The notes below the pieces were generated by a model. It was given only the letters and a program-made list of their open reading frames with translations, made no database searches and was not told the origin of the DNA. This document shows, piece by piece, positions 27,823 to 37,721 of a DNA stretch of 64,000 nt (its first letter is position 1; every line of letters starts with the position of its first letter). A program made the position numbers and the translations under genes. Source of the stretch: a virus; the IMG/VR virus record IMGVR_UViG_3300018915_000002; one strand, 5' to 3'.

Positions 27823-28077
27823 ATGCTTGACCTAAACAAACACTTCAACTTTTATTTGATAGCAAACGCGCTTTGGAGCACATCTAAAGAAGATGACGAA
27901 CAGCTATCGCGAGACTTGCTGAAGCTCTACAAAGGACAAGAAGTTGTTTTGCGCTTAGGTAAACCATCAGGTCTTTCTGATGCGGTAGAACATCTAGAGT
28001 CTCTTGGTTATTTCTGTGTAAGGATCGGCGGCAACCTGATTGTTTCAAAGTCTAATACAACAACCGAGAAGAAATGA
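27823..28077 (+). CDS. Hypothetical protein, paralogue of the previous gene
   Basis: Shares DL.K.F.F...RDLL...GYF...VSKS with 27578..27820. Confidence 0.65.
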   Translation: MLDLNKHFNFYLIANALWSTSKEDDEQLSRDLLKLYKGQEVVLRLGKPSGLSDAVEHLESLGYFCVRIGGNLIVSKSNTTTEKK

Positions 28078-28244
28078 GTAAAAGAACGTACATTGAGACT
28101 GGGAAGATTTCAATTATCTACTCGTTCCGTATCCCATTCATCGAACAAGATATCGATCTAAGTTGGGATTTTACTTTGTTGAAAATCAGCATTCATGATA
28201 TGCGAAGAACACCAGAACACAAGGATAACAACAATGGATCTTGA
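28074..28244 (+). CDS. 56-aa hypothetical protein, not in the ORF track
   Basis: ATGA overlap with the previous stop. Confidence 0.45.
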   Translation: MSKRTYIETGKISIIYSFRIPFIEQDIDLSWDFTLLKISIHDMRRTPEHKDNNNGS

Positions 28245-28426
28245 ACTTAAAACAGAAGATCTAATGAATTCGCCAGATAAATTAGAGGTTGCTCTCAATC
28301 GGTTATTCACCTTAGATGAGCTATACCACGACAAATAAAAAGTCACTGTACAAAACTATTTCGCACCCTAACTTACGTGACAGGTAAGTGGGGCTGGGGA
28401 ACTAGTCTCACACCCCCAGGAGAAAT

Positions 28427-28618
28427 ATGGAAGACGGCACTACTTACGTCTATCAGGACAGCAAAAATGTTTATGTGGTTACGGACAAAGACAGCGAAGG
28501 AGAGGCTCGTAGAGCCGTAGAAGACCGACGTTCTAGTGGCGACAGCGATAGGGTCAAGATCGTTTCCTCTGACAACACAGGGGTTGTGGCGATCCCTAAA
28601 GGTTACCTTGCCGACTAA
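28427..28618 (+). CDS. Hypothetical protein
   Basis: AGGAG SD; palindrome follows the stop. Confidence 0.6.
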   Translation: MEDGTTYVYQDSKNVYVVTDKDSEGEARRAVEDRRSSGDSDRVKIVSSDNTGVVAIPKGYLAD

Positions 28619-28627
28619 ATCCTGCCC

Positions 28628-28641
28628 CACGGAACTCCGTG
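28628..28641. repeat. Palindrome CACGGA-AC-TCCGTG
   Basis: Exact copy, 9 nt after a stop. Confidence 0.95.
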
Positions 28642-28674
28642 TTCACGTCAAAACATTCATCTAAAAGGAAGAAA

Positions 28675-28911
28675 ATGGCAATCTTTGGAGATACAGGAAA
28701 ATTAGAAAATCGTGTTGCTCAACCTGCGCCAGTAGCTGAAGGCGAAATAGAAGCCAAATACAAGCAAGCGGTGGCTGAACTGCAAAGGCAAGATATGCCA
28801 ATCACGCGAGAGGAAGAGCTTGCTGCCGATGAGATAAACAGACGTTATCCTGGCATAGATGATTCAATCCTTGATCATCCGAATCTAGAGGACTTTAACC
28901 CGCCTACCTAA
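28675..28911 (+). CDS. Hypothetical protein
   Basis: AGGA SD. Confidence 0.55.
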   Translation: MAIFGDTGKLENRVAQPAPVAEGEIEAKYKQAVAELQRQDMPITREEELAADEINRRYPGIDDSILDHPNLEDFNPPT

Positions 28912-29354
28912 CGGACGGCAACCTTGTGCTTGCCGACAACCAGCCCGCTCTTCTTGTTTTTAACCTCAGCAAAATAGCGGGGTTCAGAACCCGAAGGCTC
29001 TACTGACATATAAGCTCCTTCTCGAATCCGCAAGATCACCGTCGTCTTAGATTGTGTGTCCCAACGATCAAGAAGGAGTATTTTTATGTCCCCCTGAATC
29101 CTAATGATCGCCTCATCAAACGTATCCTTACGCGGAACATTTTTAGGAGGCGACTCCTGCCCAGTGCTTAAATCCAGCATGGGCAGTGAAGTTGTAACCC
29201 CGTACTTTATCTCCACATTGGGTGAGCCGTGCCGAAGATTAATTTCAATGGCGACAGCTTTATTGTTGTGGATCTTCGTATCTGCGATCGCACTACGAAC
29301 CAAGGGAGACAGGCGCTCCATGATTAGCTGTAGGGGTGTTTTCTCGGTCGTCAC
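28908..29354 (-). CDS. Hypothetical protein
   Basis: GGAGG SD, GTG start. Confidence 0.6.
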   Translation of the reverse strand: MTTEKTPLQLIMERLSPLVRSAIADTKIHNNKAVAIEINLRHGSPNVEIKYGVTTSLPMLDLSTGQESPPKNVPRKDTFDEAIIRIQGDIKILLLDRWDTQSKTTVILRIREGAYMSVEPSGSEPRYFAEVKNKKSGLVVGKHKVAVR

Positions 29355-29374
29355 AATCTTCTTCCTCCGTACCC

Positions 29375-30448
29375 CTACAGATCATCGTCTGTCGTTAGAT
29401 CAAAGCTCTGATACAGGAATTGTCTCGGTAAACGCGCCCAGTTAATCTGATAGGGAAATGTTTCCTGCCCACAGGCACAAGCAATCCCGTCGATGATCGT
29501 CACGGGACCGGGATTCAATCGCCCCGCTGCATTTCTAAGGGCACTAATGTCACGGGTGCTCATCCTCTTGTACAAGTCTGAGCAGAGTGGGCTGCCAGCC
29601 TTTCTGCCGTACATTTCCGATTCTGGAATCTCACTCACCATCGCGGTGATCATTTCGATATCCGGAACCTTATTCCCTGTTATGAATAACCCCAACTGGT
29701 AAAGCTTCAACGGCTCTACATAGAAATGCTTGATGACCGACTTCCCATCATTAATCTCGTGCTGAAGCGTGAACTTAAAGAGGGGTTTGTCCGTTAAGCC
29801 TGGAATAGACTTAATCTTAATGTCCTTCAACGTCTGGAAGGAGCGGCAGCGTTCTCGGCAATCAGGGGCAGGACACTCTCTCTCAACAGCAATCCGATTT
29901 TTATCAATTTGCTCCCCAGTTTCCTCGTCAATTCCTTGGTACTCACCGATCTGCAATCGTGCGGCAAACATGATCGTGGCAACGTCGCCAAGGAACATAT
30001 TGCTGATAAGCTGCGCCCCAGACGTGTACTTCGTTTTCTGGGAAACAAATTCCCGGAAGTCATACCCACCCAAGCTCTCGATCGCTCCCAAGTGGTAGCC
30101 GTCTTTGGTCTTCCCACCACCAAGAAACGCGCAAATCGTATCCACAGTTCGCTTCGGATTGTCGCCCTGTTTGGGGTCAAGATTGGCGAGGAATTCGTCA
30201 AAATCCCCTAGATGAATGTTGGGGCGAATTGTGAATTCAGTAATTCTCTGCTTGGGTTCACCCTCATCTTCCCCGTCAATAAACAATCCTATCGGTAGTT
30301 GAAGGGGTCTCTCCGCATAGTCTCCAATCGTTACAATATCGTACTTTACATCTTCGATTGGAATACTACGGGCTTCTATCTCTCGTGCGCGGTCACTCCC
30401 GTCATCAGATGGGGTGAGCGCTGGTGCTGCGAATCCACTTCTTGTCAT
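29375..30448 (-). CDS. Possible tail/baseplate assembly chaperone (T4 gp26/gp51-like)
   Basis: GDVATIMFAAR, CPAPDC and CACG zinc-knuckle pattern. Confidence 0.5.
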   Translation of the reverse strand: MTRSGFAAPALTPSDDGSDRAREIEARSIPIEDVKYDIVTIGDYAERPLQLPIGLFIDGEDEGEPKQRITEFTIRPNIHLGDFDEFLANLDPKQGDNPKRTVDTICAFLGGGKTKDGYHLGAIESLGGYDFREFVSQKTKYTSGAQLISNMFLGDVATIMFAARLQIGEYQGIDEETGEQIDKNRIAVERECPAPDCRERCRSFQTLKDIKIKSIPGLTDKPLFKFTLQHEINDGKSVIKHFYVEPLKLYQLGLFITGNKVPDIEMITAMVSEIPESEMYGRKAGSPLCSDLYKRMSTRDISALRNAAGRLNPGPVTIIDGIACACGQETFPYQINWARLPRQFLYQSFDLTTDDDL

Positions 30449-30545
30449 GTCACCCTGTTTTTTCTGGGTTTTTACTCTACCCAGACTAGGGTTTTGCAAT
30501 CTAAAATTTTAAAATTAGGCACAACAAGTCAGGAACTCGCGCAAA

Positions 30546-30857
30546 ATGCAAGAATTGGCGATGATACGACGCGATCGCACGGGTTGGTCGAAGGAAAAGA
30601 TATTAGGAGACGAACTTCGTATAGCCAGAGAGTGCCTGGGACTATCGCAAGAGGAATTGGGGCAGAGGATTGAATTGTCTCGACAACAGGTGGGGCTTAT
30701 AGAGCAGGGGAAGCGAAAGCTGGAGTGGGATGAATTTGAGAATTGGGCTACGGCTGTGGGGCGGACAACTGACAGCTTTCGTAGGATTGTCCGACAAGAA
30801 TTAGAGAAAAAAAAGCTACCACGGAACTCCGTGATAGAGGAAATTAAGGGTTCTTAG
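30546..30857 (+). CDS. XRE-family HTH regulator
   Basis: LRIARECLGLSQEELGQRIELSRQQVGLIEQGKR. Confidence 0.85.
   Translation: MQELAMIRRDRTGWSKEKILGDELRIARECLGLSQEELGQRIELSRQQVGLIEQGKRKLEWDEFENWATAVGRTTDSFRRIVRQELEKKKLPRNSVIEEIKGS
30820..30833. repeat. Palindrome CACGGA-AC-TCCGTG
   Basis: Exact copy in the 3' end of the XRE gene. Confidence 0.95.
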
Positions 30858-30978
30858 CTAAATCGCCGTAAGCCCCGCACTCTAATCGACGCGGATATAT
30901 CGAGCATTTATGCGAGTACCGCGTGACGATTGAGTGTCGGGATATAAGGCGGGTCGCCGGAAGTATGGAGGCGACCAA

Positions 30979-31452
30979 TTAATCTCGGTTGTCACAAGTA
31001 ACTTGTTCAATCAGTTCACGCGGTTGTGTTTGAACATATTTTATCAACACATCTAGCTTTGCCCCACCCACTGAATTAATAGCATAAGATTCATTCCAAA
31101 ATACTCTTACCTCTTTACCTGTTTTGGGATTAATAGTTGGCGGATATATAGTCCGTAGATACTCGTCATAGTTTTGATTCATTCTTCTACTGGAAACACT
31201 TTTAAGATTATCAATAAGTTTGCTTAGCTGAAGTTGAGGGTAATAACGAAAGATTAAATGGAAATGGTCTGGCTCTCCATTGCCCTCTGTATATTCACAT
31301 TGCCATTTTTCGCATAACTCTTCCATAACCAACTTCAAATAGGTCAACATAGGTTCAGTTATCACCTTATACCTGTACTTAGTTGTCATCACAAGATGAG
31401 CGTGTAGATTACTAACCCCTCTAGACCTTAGCTTATAGACTTGCTTGGACAT
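30979..31452 (-). CDS. tnpA: Y1 HUH transposase
   Basis: HLVMTTKYR, DHFHL, KYVQTQ. Confidence 0.93.
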   Translation of the reverse strand: MSKQVYKLRSRGVSNLHAHLVMTTKYRYKVITEPMLTYLKLVMEELCEKWQCEYTEGNGEPDHFHLIFRYYPQLQLSKLIDNLKSVSSRRMNQNYDEYLRTIYPPTINPKTGKEVRVFWNESYAINSVGGAKLDVLIKYVQTQPRELIEQVTCDNRD

Positions 31453-31513
31453 ATTGACTAAATATGAGTGTGTGATGTAAGTTAGAAGGTAACGTTGATA
31501 GAGGTCGATGTCA

Positions 31514-32896
31514 ATGCAACTCACTTACAAATACAAGCTGAAGCCCACTAAGCCGCAAATAGCTACTTTCCAGACTTGGCTTGAACTATGTAGACGGCAG
31601 TATAACTTCAGACTAGGACAGCGCTTTAATTGGTACGAACAAACACGAACATCAATTAATGCTTGTCCTTTAAATGTAAGTATTGTTGCTATTGACGACA
31701 TCTACAAAAATATCCCCTTAGAAAAAGAGCTATCTAAGGGGAAAAGAAAGGGAGAGATGAAGTCCTTGATTAATCAAGGCTATGTGGATTGGGCAATCAT
31801 CCAGAAAGATGATTTAACTTCTACGAAGAAACTCTTCCCAGAATACAAAGCCCTGCATTCTCAAGTCTTACAAGATGTAGTCAAGCGAGTTGATTTCGCT
31901 TTTGACCGCTTCACTAAACCAGATAAAAATGGCAATCGAAGTGGAAAACCGAGGTTCAAAGGGAGGCACTATTACAGCAGCTTCACTTATCCTCAGCTTG
32001 ACATCTCTGACATCACTAAAGACGAAAGAGATAGGAACTGTGTCAATCTTCCTAAGATAGGCTTAGTGCCTTTCATTCTTCATCGCCCAATTCCTGATGG
32101 GTTCTCGGTTAAGACAGGTACGATAACTCGTTGTGCCGATGGATGGTATATTTCCATCACACTTGAAGACAAAAACGTACCTGTAACGGTTGCAGAAATT
32201 CAGCCGACTGAAGAAAATAGTCTTGGAGTTGACCTAGGCGTGGAGAATTATGTAGCTCTCTCTACTGGAGAGATGATTGAGCATCCTCGGTTTTTAAGGA
32301 AGTCAGCCAACAAGTTGGCAAAACTGCAACAGAGACTGATGCATAGAGCGAAACACTCTCGCCCTTGGAGGATTCTCAAGGGAAAAATTGCCAAACTACA
32401 TCAGCACATTGCAAGAGCTAGGCTAGACTTCCAATTCAAACTAGCTTACTCCTTGTTTGAAAGGTGTGATGTCCTAGTTATTGAAGACCTTAAGCTGAAG
32501 AATCTCACCCGACGAGCTAAGCCCAAGATTGACAATGATGGAACCTGGTTGCCTAACAATCAGAGTGCTAAGTCAGGACTCAACAAGTCAATGCTGGATG
32601 CGGCTCACGGTCAATTTGTTCAAGTACTGAAGTTCGTCGCTTGGAAGCTAGGTAAAACAGTTACTGAAGTCAATCCCAAAGGGACTTCCCAACATTGTTG
32701 GAACTGTCTAACTGAGGTGCCTAAAGAACTAAAAGACCGATGGCACTCTTGCTCTTGTGGAGAAGAATGCCATCGGGATGAAAATTCAGGAAAACTGATT
32801 AAAAAGATTGGAATAGTGGGGATGGATGTCGCCTCACTTAAAACCGCTCTTGGACTAAACTCTAAGAGAAGCCAGCGCTCTACCCGTTTCGGGTGA
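31514..32896 (+). CDS. tnpB: TnpB RNA-guided endonuclease
   Basis: GVDLG, IEDL, HRDENS; zinc ribbon. Confidence 0.93.
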   Translation: MQLTYKYKLKPTKPQIATFQTWLELCRRQYNFRLGQRFNWYEQTRTSINACPLNVSIVAIDDIYKNIPLEKELSKGKRKGEMKSLINQGYVDWAIIQKDDLTSTKKLFPEYKALHSQVLQDVVKRVDFAFDRFTKPDKNGNRSGKPRFKGRHYYSSFTYPQLDISDITKDERDRNCVNLPKIGLVPFILHRPIPDGFSVKTGTITRCADGWYISITLEDKNVPVTVAEIQPTEENSLGVDLGVENYVALSTGEMIEHPRFLRKSANKLAKLQQRLMHRAKHSRPWRILKGKIAKLHQHIARARLDFQFKLAYSLFERCDVLVIEDLKLKNLTRRAKPKIDNDGTWLPNNQSAKSGLNKSMLDAAHGQFVQVLKFVAWKLGKTVTEVNPKGTSQHCWNCLTEVPKELKDRWHSCSCGEECHRDENSGKLIKKIGIVGMDVASLKTALGLNSKRSQRSTRFG

Positions 32897-33071
32897 GCGT
32901 CTGGAGTACATCACTAGGACGCAAGCCAAGGCGCTTGGCTCCTACTTCAAGATATCTCCAGAGTTATTTATTTGAAGCGCGATCGCATCCTTAAAAAATT
33001 TGCGATAGTTTAAAAAACAGTCAAACACACAACCCACACCGGGGCTTCCTGAAGCCTCGGTGTTTTTTTGT

Positions 33072-35645
33072 ATGGTTCAATCCCCATCACCAACCTCATC
33101 TACGACAGTTGACAAGGGCATAAAGCTTACTCCTCTAACGGCTCCAGTCGGGAAGGAATTGGACTTGTCGGGCAAGGTTGAAGTTACTAAAGCCGACTTC
33201 AAGATTGAAGAGATTTCAAAGTCCGACACTGAATCTGGAATACCAGAATCAGATGATCGCTACAAGGTGTTCTTCCGCGTCAAAATCGGGGGTGCAAGTA
33301 CTGTTGGAAAGGCTCAAGCTGCACAGCCCTCAGCTTCTGATGCGATCGCCGTCTCCGCCACCCCGCAGACTGCGGGAACGGGAGAGTACAAAGTAAAACA
33401 GACCCTTGAAGGTGGGGCTAGCTTCTACGGAAAAGGTGATCAGTTTCAGGGGCGTAAGACCGCTAGTGGTGAAATTTTCGACACGAATAAGCTGACAGCC
33501 GCGCACAAAAATCTCCCCTTCGGCACCCAGGTTCGAGTGATCAACAAGGCGAACAATAAGTCAGTCATGGTCAAAATTAATGACCGTGGTCCCTATGTAG
33601 GTGGGAGAATCATCGATCTCAGCTACAAGGCTGCCCAAGAAATAGACATGGTTTCGGCGGGTCATGCCGAAGTTAAGGTGGAGGTTTTGGAAAAGCAGGC
33701 AGCGAGTAATCCAGGTTCTGCAACTCAACCTTCTTCTAATTCAGAAACGGCTAAACCAGATTCTAGTAAGCCAGAATCTACCGCACCCAAATCTGCCCCC
33801 ACTAACCAAGAGGCTATATCAAAGAACCCCCTTGCACCAGACACCAAACCTGCAAACGCCACACAAGCATCAACGTCCCCGCAAAGCAAGGTTGAACCTC
33901 TCCCTACTCAACCCGATCCAAACCTCCCTGATACCCCAAGAGAATTCCTCTTTGATTCCCTCAAGGGAGACATTGTGGTTACTGGAGAAACGCCCCACAT
34001 TTCTCTCTCCAGCCATCAGCACAGTACGGCTAAGTTCGTAATCAATGATCCTGACGATAGCTTGCGTCCGCAGATCGCCAAACTGGAAAATGTAGAAATT
34101 GAGGCAGGCTTCGTCAACGGCTACAAGATATCCAAATTCGTGGGAGTGATCTACAACATTGGTAGACGCTTACCAGGTGGCACAGAGATTGAGGCGATTG
34201 ATGTAAGTGCCCAACTGGCAGCGACAAGCGCGGGAGCCGTAAGTTCCGCCAATGTTGATCCAACGGCAAATGCTGCAACTCCTGAGACTCCCGCTACGAG
34301 CTTCAAGGTAAAATCTACCTTCACTGGAGATGCTAGCTTCTACGGAAAAGGGGACAACTTCAATGGCAAAAAAACTGCCAGTGGAGAGATTTTTGACTCT
34401 AGCAAAATGACTGCGGCCCACAAGACGCTCCCTTTTGGGACGATTGTCCGGGTGGTCAATACCAAGAACAACAAATCAGTCATTGTCCGAGTCAATGATC
34501 GCGGACCCTATTCAGCCGGACGGGTAATCGACCTCAGCTACGCCGCCGCCCAAGTGATTGAAATCGTATCCGCTGGACATGGAGCAATCAAAGGGGAAGT
34601 ATTGGATGCCCCGGTGGGAACCGAGGTGAATCAAGGGAAGACGGCAACTGGCACTCCATCATCTAGTAAGCCAGATTCTACTAAACCAGATTCTAGTAAA
34701 CCAGAAGCTGCTAAACCTCTTGCCCCCTCATCTCAAGGTGCGCTTGCTCCAGACAAGCCTGCGGCTCAAACAGCTACCTCTCCAAAGCCAGATGAAGACC
34801 TGACTCAGATGTTCTCGTCGGCAGCCCCAAAGCAATCGCTTGCTAAGGCATTTGTTGAAGGAACCAACTTAAAAATTGCCCCAGAGGAATACAAGCTGGA
34901 AAAGCAAGGAGCTGCCATCATCCAGCAGTCTGCTCTCGCCGCTGCCGAGCAAGAAGCCGCTCTCCAGGGGAAAATCATCGTCGCTCGTGGAAATACTGTA
35001 ACGGTGACCGCTCCCGGTGAAGGGAAACCATCAGGAGTAGTTTTGGACTACATGGGCAATCGCGCTGCCTTTATCGGGAATCCTGTGGTCACCCAGCGCA
35101 CGAATCGCCAATTACAGTCGGCGTATGGTGCGATCGCGGTGCAGTACTACAACATGAACAACAAACAGGTAGAGGGGGCTGTAGTTAACATCCCAACACC
35201 TGTGACCCAGCATCCTACTGGAGTGATAACTGCACCAGACTGGAAAACCATTAAATTGGCTGACAAAATTCCAGGGCAAGGAATCTACACTTGGGCTGAT
35301 GCCACCAAAAACGGGAGGAGAGTCCCGACGAGTAGCGAAATCATGGATGGCATCATTAGAATTGCTCGAATCCTTGCCCAGTTAACCCAAGAAACCGGAC
35401 AAACTAAGTTCACCGTCAACTCTTGGTATCGCGATCCTGTGAGCAATCGAGAGGTAGGAGGAAAAGTTGGCTCCAGACATTTAGTTGGAGATGGGGTTGA
35501 CTTCCATTTCTCTGGTTCTGGCTATCTTGTCCTATTCAGAAAACTTTGGGATACATGGCCCGGAGGTGTAGCCAAAGGCGACGGATTTATTCATCTCGAT
35601 GACAGGCATACGCAAGGCAAAAGCCGCGCCAGGTGGAATTATTAG
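33072..35645 (+). CDS. Probable baseplate hub protein with two RlpA (DPBB) domains and a C-terminal peptidase M15
   Basis: Two ASFYG...TASGE...TAAHK.LPFGT...NDRGP domains; SWYRDP...SRH...D...FIHLD; EIEAGF...KFVGVI hub-like segment. Confidence 0.75.
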   Translation: MVQSPSPTSSTTVDKGIKLTPLTAPVGKELDLSGKVEVTKADFKIEEISKSDTESGIPESDDRYKVFFRVKIGGASTVGKAQAAQPSASDAIAVSATPQTAGTGEYKVKQTLEGGASFYGKGDQFQGRKTASGEIFDTNKLTAAHKNLPFGTQVRVINKANNKSVMVKINDRGPYVGGRIIDLSYKAAQEIDMVSAGHAEVKVEVLEKQAASNPGSATQPSSNSETAKPDSSKPESTAPKSAPTNQEAISKNPLAPDTKPANATQASTSPQSKVEPLPTQPDPNLPDTPREFLFDSLKGDIVVTGETPHISLSSHQHSTAKFVINDPDDSLRPQIAKLENVEIEAGFVNGYKISKFVGVIYNIGRRLPGGTEIEAIDVSAQLAATSAGAVSSANVDPTANAATPETPATSFKVKSTFTGDASFYGKGDNFNGKKTASGEIFDSSKMTAAHKTLPFGTIVRVVNTKNNKSVIVRVNDRGPYSAGRVIDLSYAAAQVIEIVSAGHGAIKGEVLDAPVGTEVNQGKTATGTPSSSKPDSTKPDSSKPEAAKPLAPSSQGALAPDKPAAQTATSPKPDEDLTQMFSSAAPKQSLAKAFVEGTNLKIAPEEYKLEKQGAAIIQQSALAAAEQEAALQGKIIVARGNTVTVTAPGEGKPSGVVLDYMGNRAAFIGNPVVTQRTNRQLQSAYGAIAVQYYNMNNKQVEGAVVNIPTPVTQHPTGVITAPDWKTIKLADKIPGQGIYTWADATKNGRRVPTSSEIMDGIIRIARILAQLTQETGQTKFTVNSWYRDPVSNREVGGKVGSRHLVGDGVDFHFSGSGYLVLFRKLWDTWPGGVAKGDGFIHLDDRHTQGKSRARWNY

Positions 35646-35711
35646 GCGCATCCTTTATTACTTCATCGTTACCTAATGTTACAATGAAGGTAACACTTAT
35701 AAAGCAAAATC

Positions 35712-36701
35712 ATGGCTGGTTTTTCAGATTTACCCGAATCAATTCAAGTGCTTGTTCGTAGTGACAAGCCTGGTCATTTGTTTGTAGAACCAAAAAGTGA
35801 TCGCATCAAAGCGATCATTGCTGAAACCAATACAAAAGGGTGTCATAGTCTCGTACTAGAGTGCGACGGAGAGATTGAGGAATTTCTGACTCTATTGAGA
35901 GAATCTGCTCAATTGCGAGATTTCAGCAAGACTTCTACTGTGCTTGTTAATACCGTACCTTATGTCCAGTTAGTGATTGAGATTGCGGCTCAACCTGCTG
36001 ACAACCGCGTTGATTTCTCAAAGTTGCCGAAAAATATTTTTGTGACTATACAGAAAAACCAACAAGGTCACTTAGAGGTAAGACCTAAGAGCCATGGCTA
36101 CGACCATATTATTCCCAAAGTCACGGTTAAAGGCGATCGCTCATTCTGCATTCAAGACGATTACAACGTCAGGTGCTTCATTAAAGAGTTCATTCCGCCT
36201 TCTAAGCGAAAGACTCTCAATGAAGGGCAAGATGTGGTCATTCGACTTCCTTTCCCTCGCTACCTAGTACACCTCGGTGAACCAAGTGATGCTTATATTG
36301 AATATGTTTGGAAAGAGGAATGGAAGTCTGAATTTGAAGAACAGCAACTCCCCAATTTATTTGCTCAGATAGAAGGGATTCCCATCTACCATGTTCACAA
36401 AGACTATGGCGAAGGTCGCGAATTAGACTTTTGGTATAGCACAGTTCAGTGTCCTGAAGACCTCCACGAAGAATACAAATTCCGAGTGGATGAACTTGAT
36501 CCAACATGTCACGTAGAGCGCGTTGGTGACGAACCTCCTATCGAATCTTGGAACCGCTTTATCGAACACTGCAAGAGAGCGATCGCGCAAGGACTGCGCG
36601 AGAACAAAATCAAATTACCTCCTCCCCCAGGTGCTGCCGTACTTGGCGGCAACGACAGGAATCCTGAACCAGGTTCCGTTGTATTAGGAGGCAATCGCTA
36701 A
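35712..36701 (+). CDS. Accessory hypothetical protein with internal duplication and C-terminal AVLGG motifs
   Basis: Own promoter, leader, palindrome and terminator. Confidence 0.75.
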   Translation: MAGFSDLPESIQVLVRSDKPGHLFVEPKSDRIKAIIAETNTKGCHSLVLECDGEIEEFLTLLRESAQLRDFSKTSTVLVNTVPYVQLVIEIAAQPADNRVDFSKLPKNIFVTIQKNQQGHLEVRPKSHGYDHIIPKVTVKGDRSFCIQDDYNVRCFIKEFIPPSKRKTLNEGQDVVIRLPFPRYLVHLGEPSDAYIEYVWKEEWKSEFEEQQLPNLFAQIEGIPIYHVHKDYGEGRELDFWYSTVQCPEDLHEEYKFRVDELDPTCHVERVGDEPPIESWNRFIEHCKRAIAQGLRENKIKLPPPPGAAVLGGNDRNPEPGSVVLGGNR

Positions 36702-36702
36702 C

Positions 36703-36716
36703 CACGGAACTCCGTG
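36703..36716. repeat. Palindrome CACGGA-AC-TCCGTG
   Basis: Exact copy, 1 nt after TAA. Confidence 0.95.
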
Positions 36717-36721
36717 GTAAA

Positions 36722-36759
36722 GGAAAACCCGTTAGATCGGTTGATCTAACGGGTTTTCC
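36722..36759. terminator. Intrinsic terminator
   Basis: GGAAAACCCGTTAGATC / GATCTAACGGGTTTTCC. Confidence 0.8.
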
Positions 36760-36821
36760 TATGAAACAAGCCTGTAGTATCAATGTTACAATATAAGTGT
36801 TGGCGTTAATAAAGCAGAATC

Positions 36822-37706
36822 ATGTCTCAAGTTAATTTCTCAAAAAAGAAGATTAGATTTATTTGCGTTGGTCGTCCTGCATTACTCATCTTCGATGCTG
36901 TTCAAAGAAAAACAGAAACGCTCTGGAAATCGCAGAAACTCGTAGATTCTAAAGGGGTAAATTTCTGGTTTGTGGGAGAGTTGATTGTTAAAGAAGGAGA
37001 GGATCTCACTCTAGTTATGCTGGACATAACGCCAGATCTTTTAGAGGAAGAACACAAGGCAGCAATAGTTTCATCTATTGCTGATGAACACTGGCGTACA
37101 TGGAATGATATCCCTACTAACACAAAATTAAGCCTGATCTACGAACGCTTTTGCCCAAGGGGTAGGTTTGTGTCTGGGGAACTAACAGGGAAAGATGCCT
37201 ATTCGTTATTCCAAGACTACAAAACTCTCTGCGAACAGTGGTTAGAAAACCGATGTTCTACGGAAGATCCCGCTCCTGACGCTGCGGTACTCGGAGGGCA
37301 ACCCTCTGTCCCAACAGGAAGTGCAATCCTGGGTACGGCATCACAATGTTATCACCCTGACCACATCCAGTTCTGCCGCGATATGGCAGAGGCTGGAATC
37401 GCAACTCAGATAGACGGAATGCGTTTCTTCTGGCATGGTCCCACTGCCACCTGTACGGATATCTCACAAATTATGTCTAAGACTCAAATCCCTTGTATTT
37501 GGGATGAGAGAGGAAAGGAATTCGTCGTTTACCCGAAGGTGTATGGCGAAAAGGACTTGGTGAAAGCGATCGCACGTTTTCACGACGATGACTTCAAATC
37601 AGATTTAGTTCACCACCTGATGCAGGGGCATCCCTTGAAGGCGATTGCCCAAAATGTCATCGACCAACTAGCGCCCTACTTTACTGAAGAGATTAAACAA
37701 GGCTAA
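36822..37706 (+). CDS. Accessory hypothetical protein with AVLGG motif
   Basis: Own promoter, leader, palindrome and terminator. Confidence 0.75.
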   Translation: MSQVNFSKKKIRFICVGRPALLIFDAVQRKTETLWKSQKLVDSKGVNFWFVGELIVKEGEDLTLVMLDITPDLLEEEHKAAIVSSIADEHWRTWNDIPTNTKLSLIYERFCPRGRFVSGELTGKDAYSLFQDYKTLCEQWLENRCSTEDPAPDAAVLGGQPSVPTGSAILGTASQCYHPDHIQFCRDMAEAGIATQIDGMRFFWHGPTATCTDISQIMSKTQIPCIWDERGKEFVVYPKVYGEKDLVKAIARFHDDDFKSDLVHHLMQGHPLKAIAQNVIDQLAPYFTEEIKQG

Positions 37707-37707
37707 C

Positions 37708-37721
37708 CACGGAACTCCGTG
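37708..37721. repeat. Palindrome CACGGA-AC-TCCGTG
   Basis: Exact copy, 1 nt after TAA; terminator at about 37728-37763. Confidence 0.95.

Larger units (their letters stand above)
30864..32914. mobile_element. IS200/IS605-family element with divergent tnpA and tnpB
   Basis: Subterminal hairpins at both ends; right end finishes in TCAC; left boundary approximate. Confidence 0.85.

Noticed and set aside
18616-32896. TnpB genes as Cas12f or nuclease-dead TldR
   Set aside because: No CRISPR repeats are adjacent, and all three RuvC acidic residues are present in both proteins.
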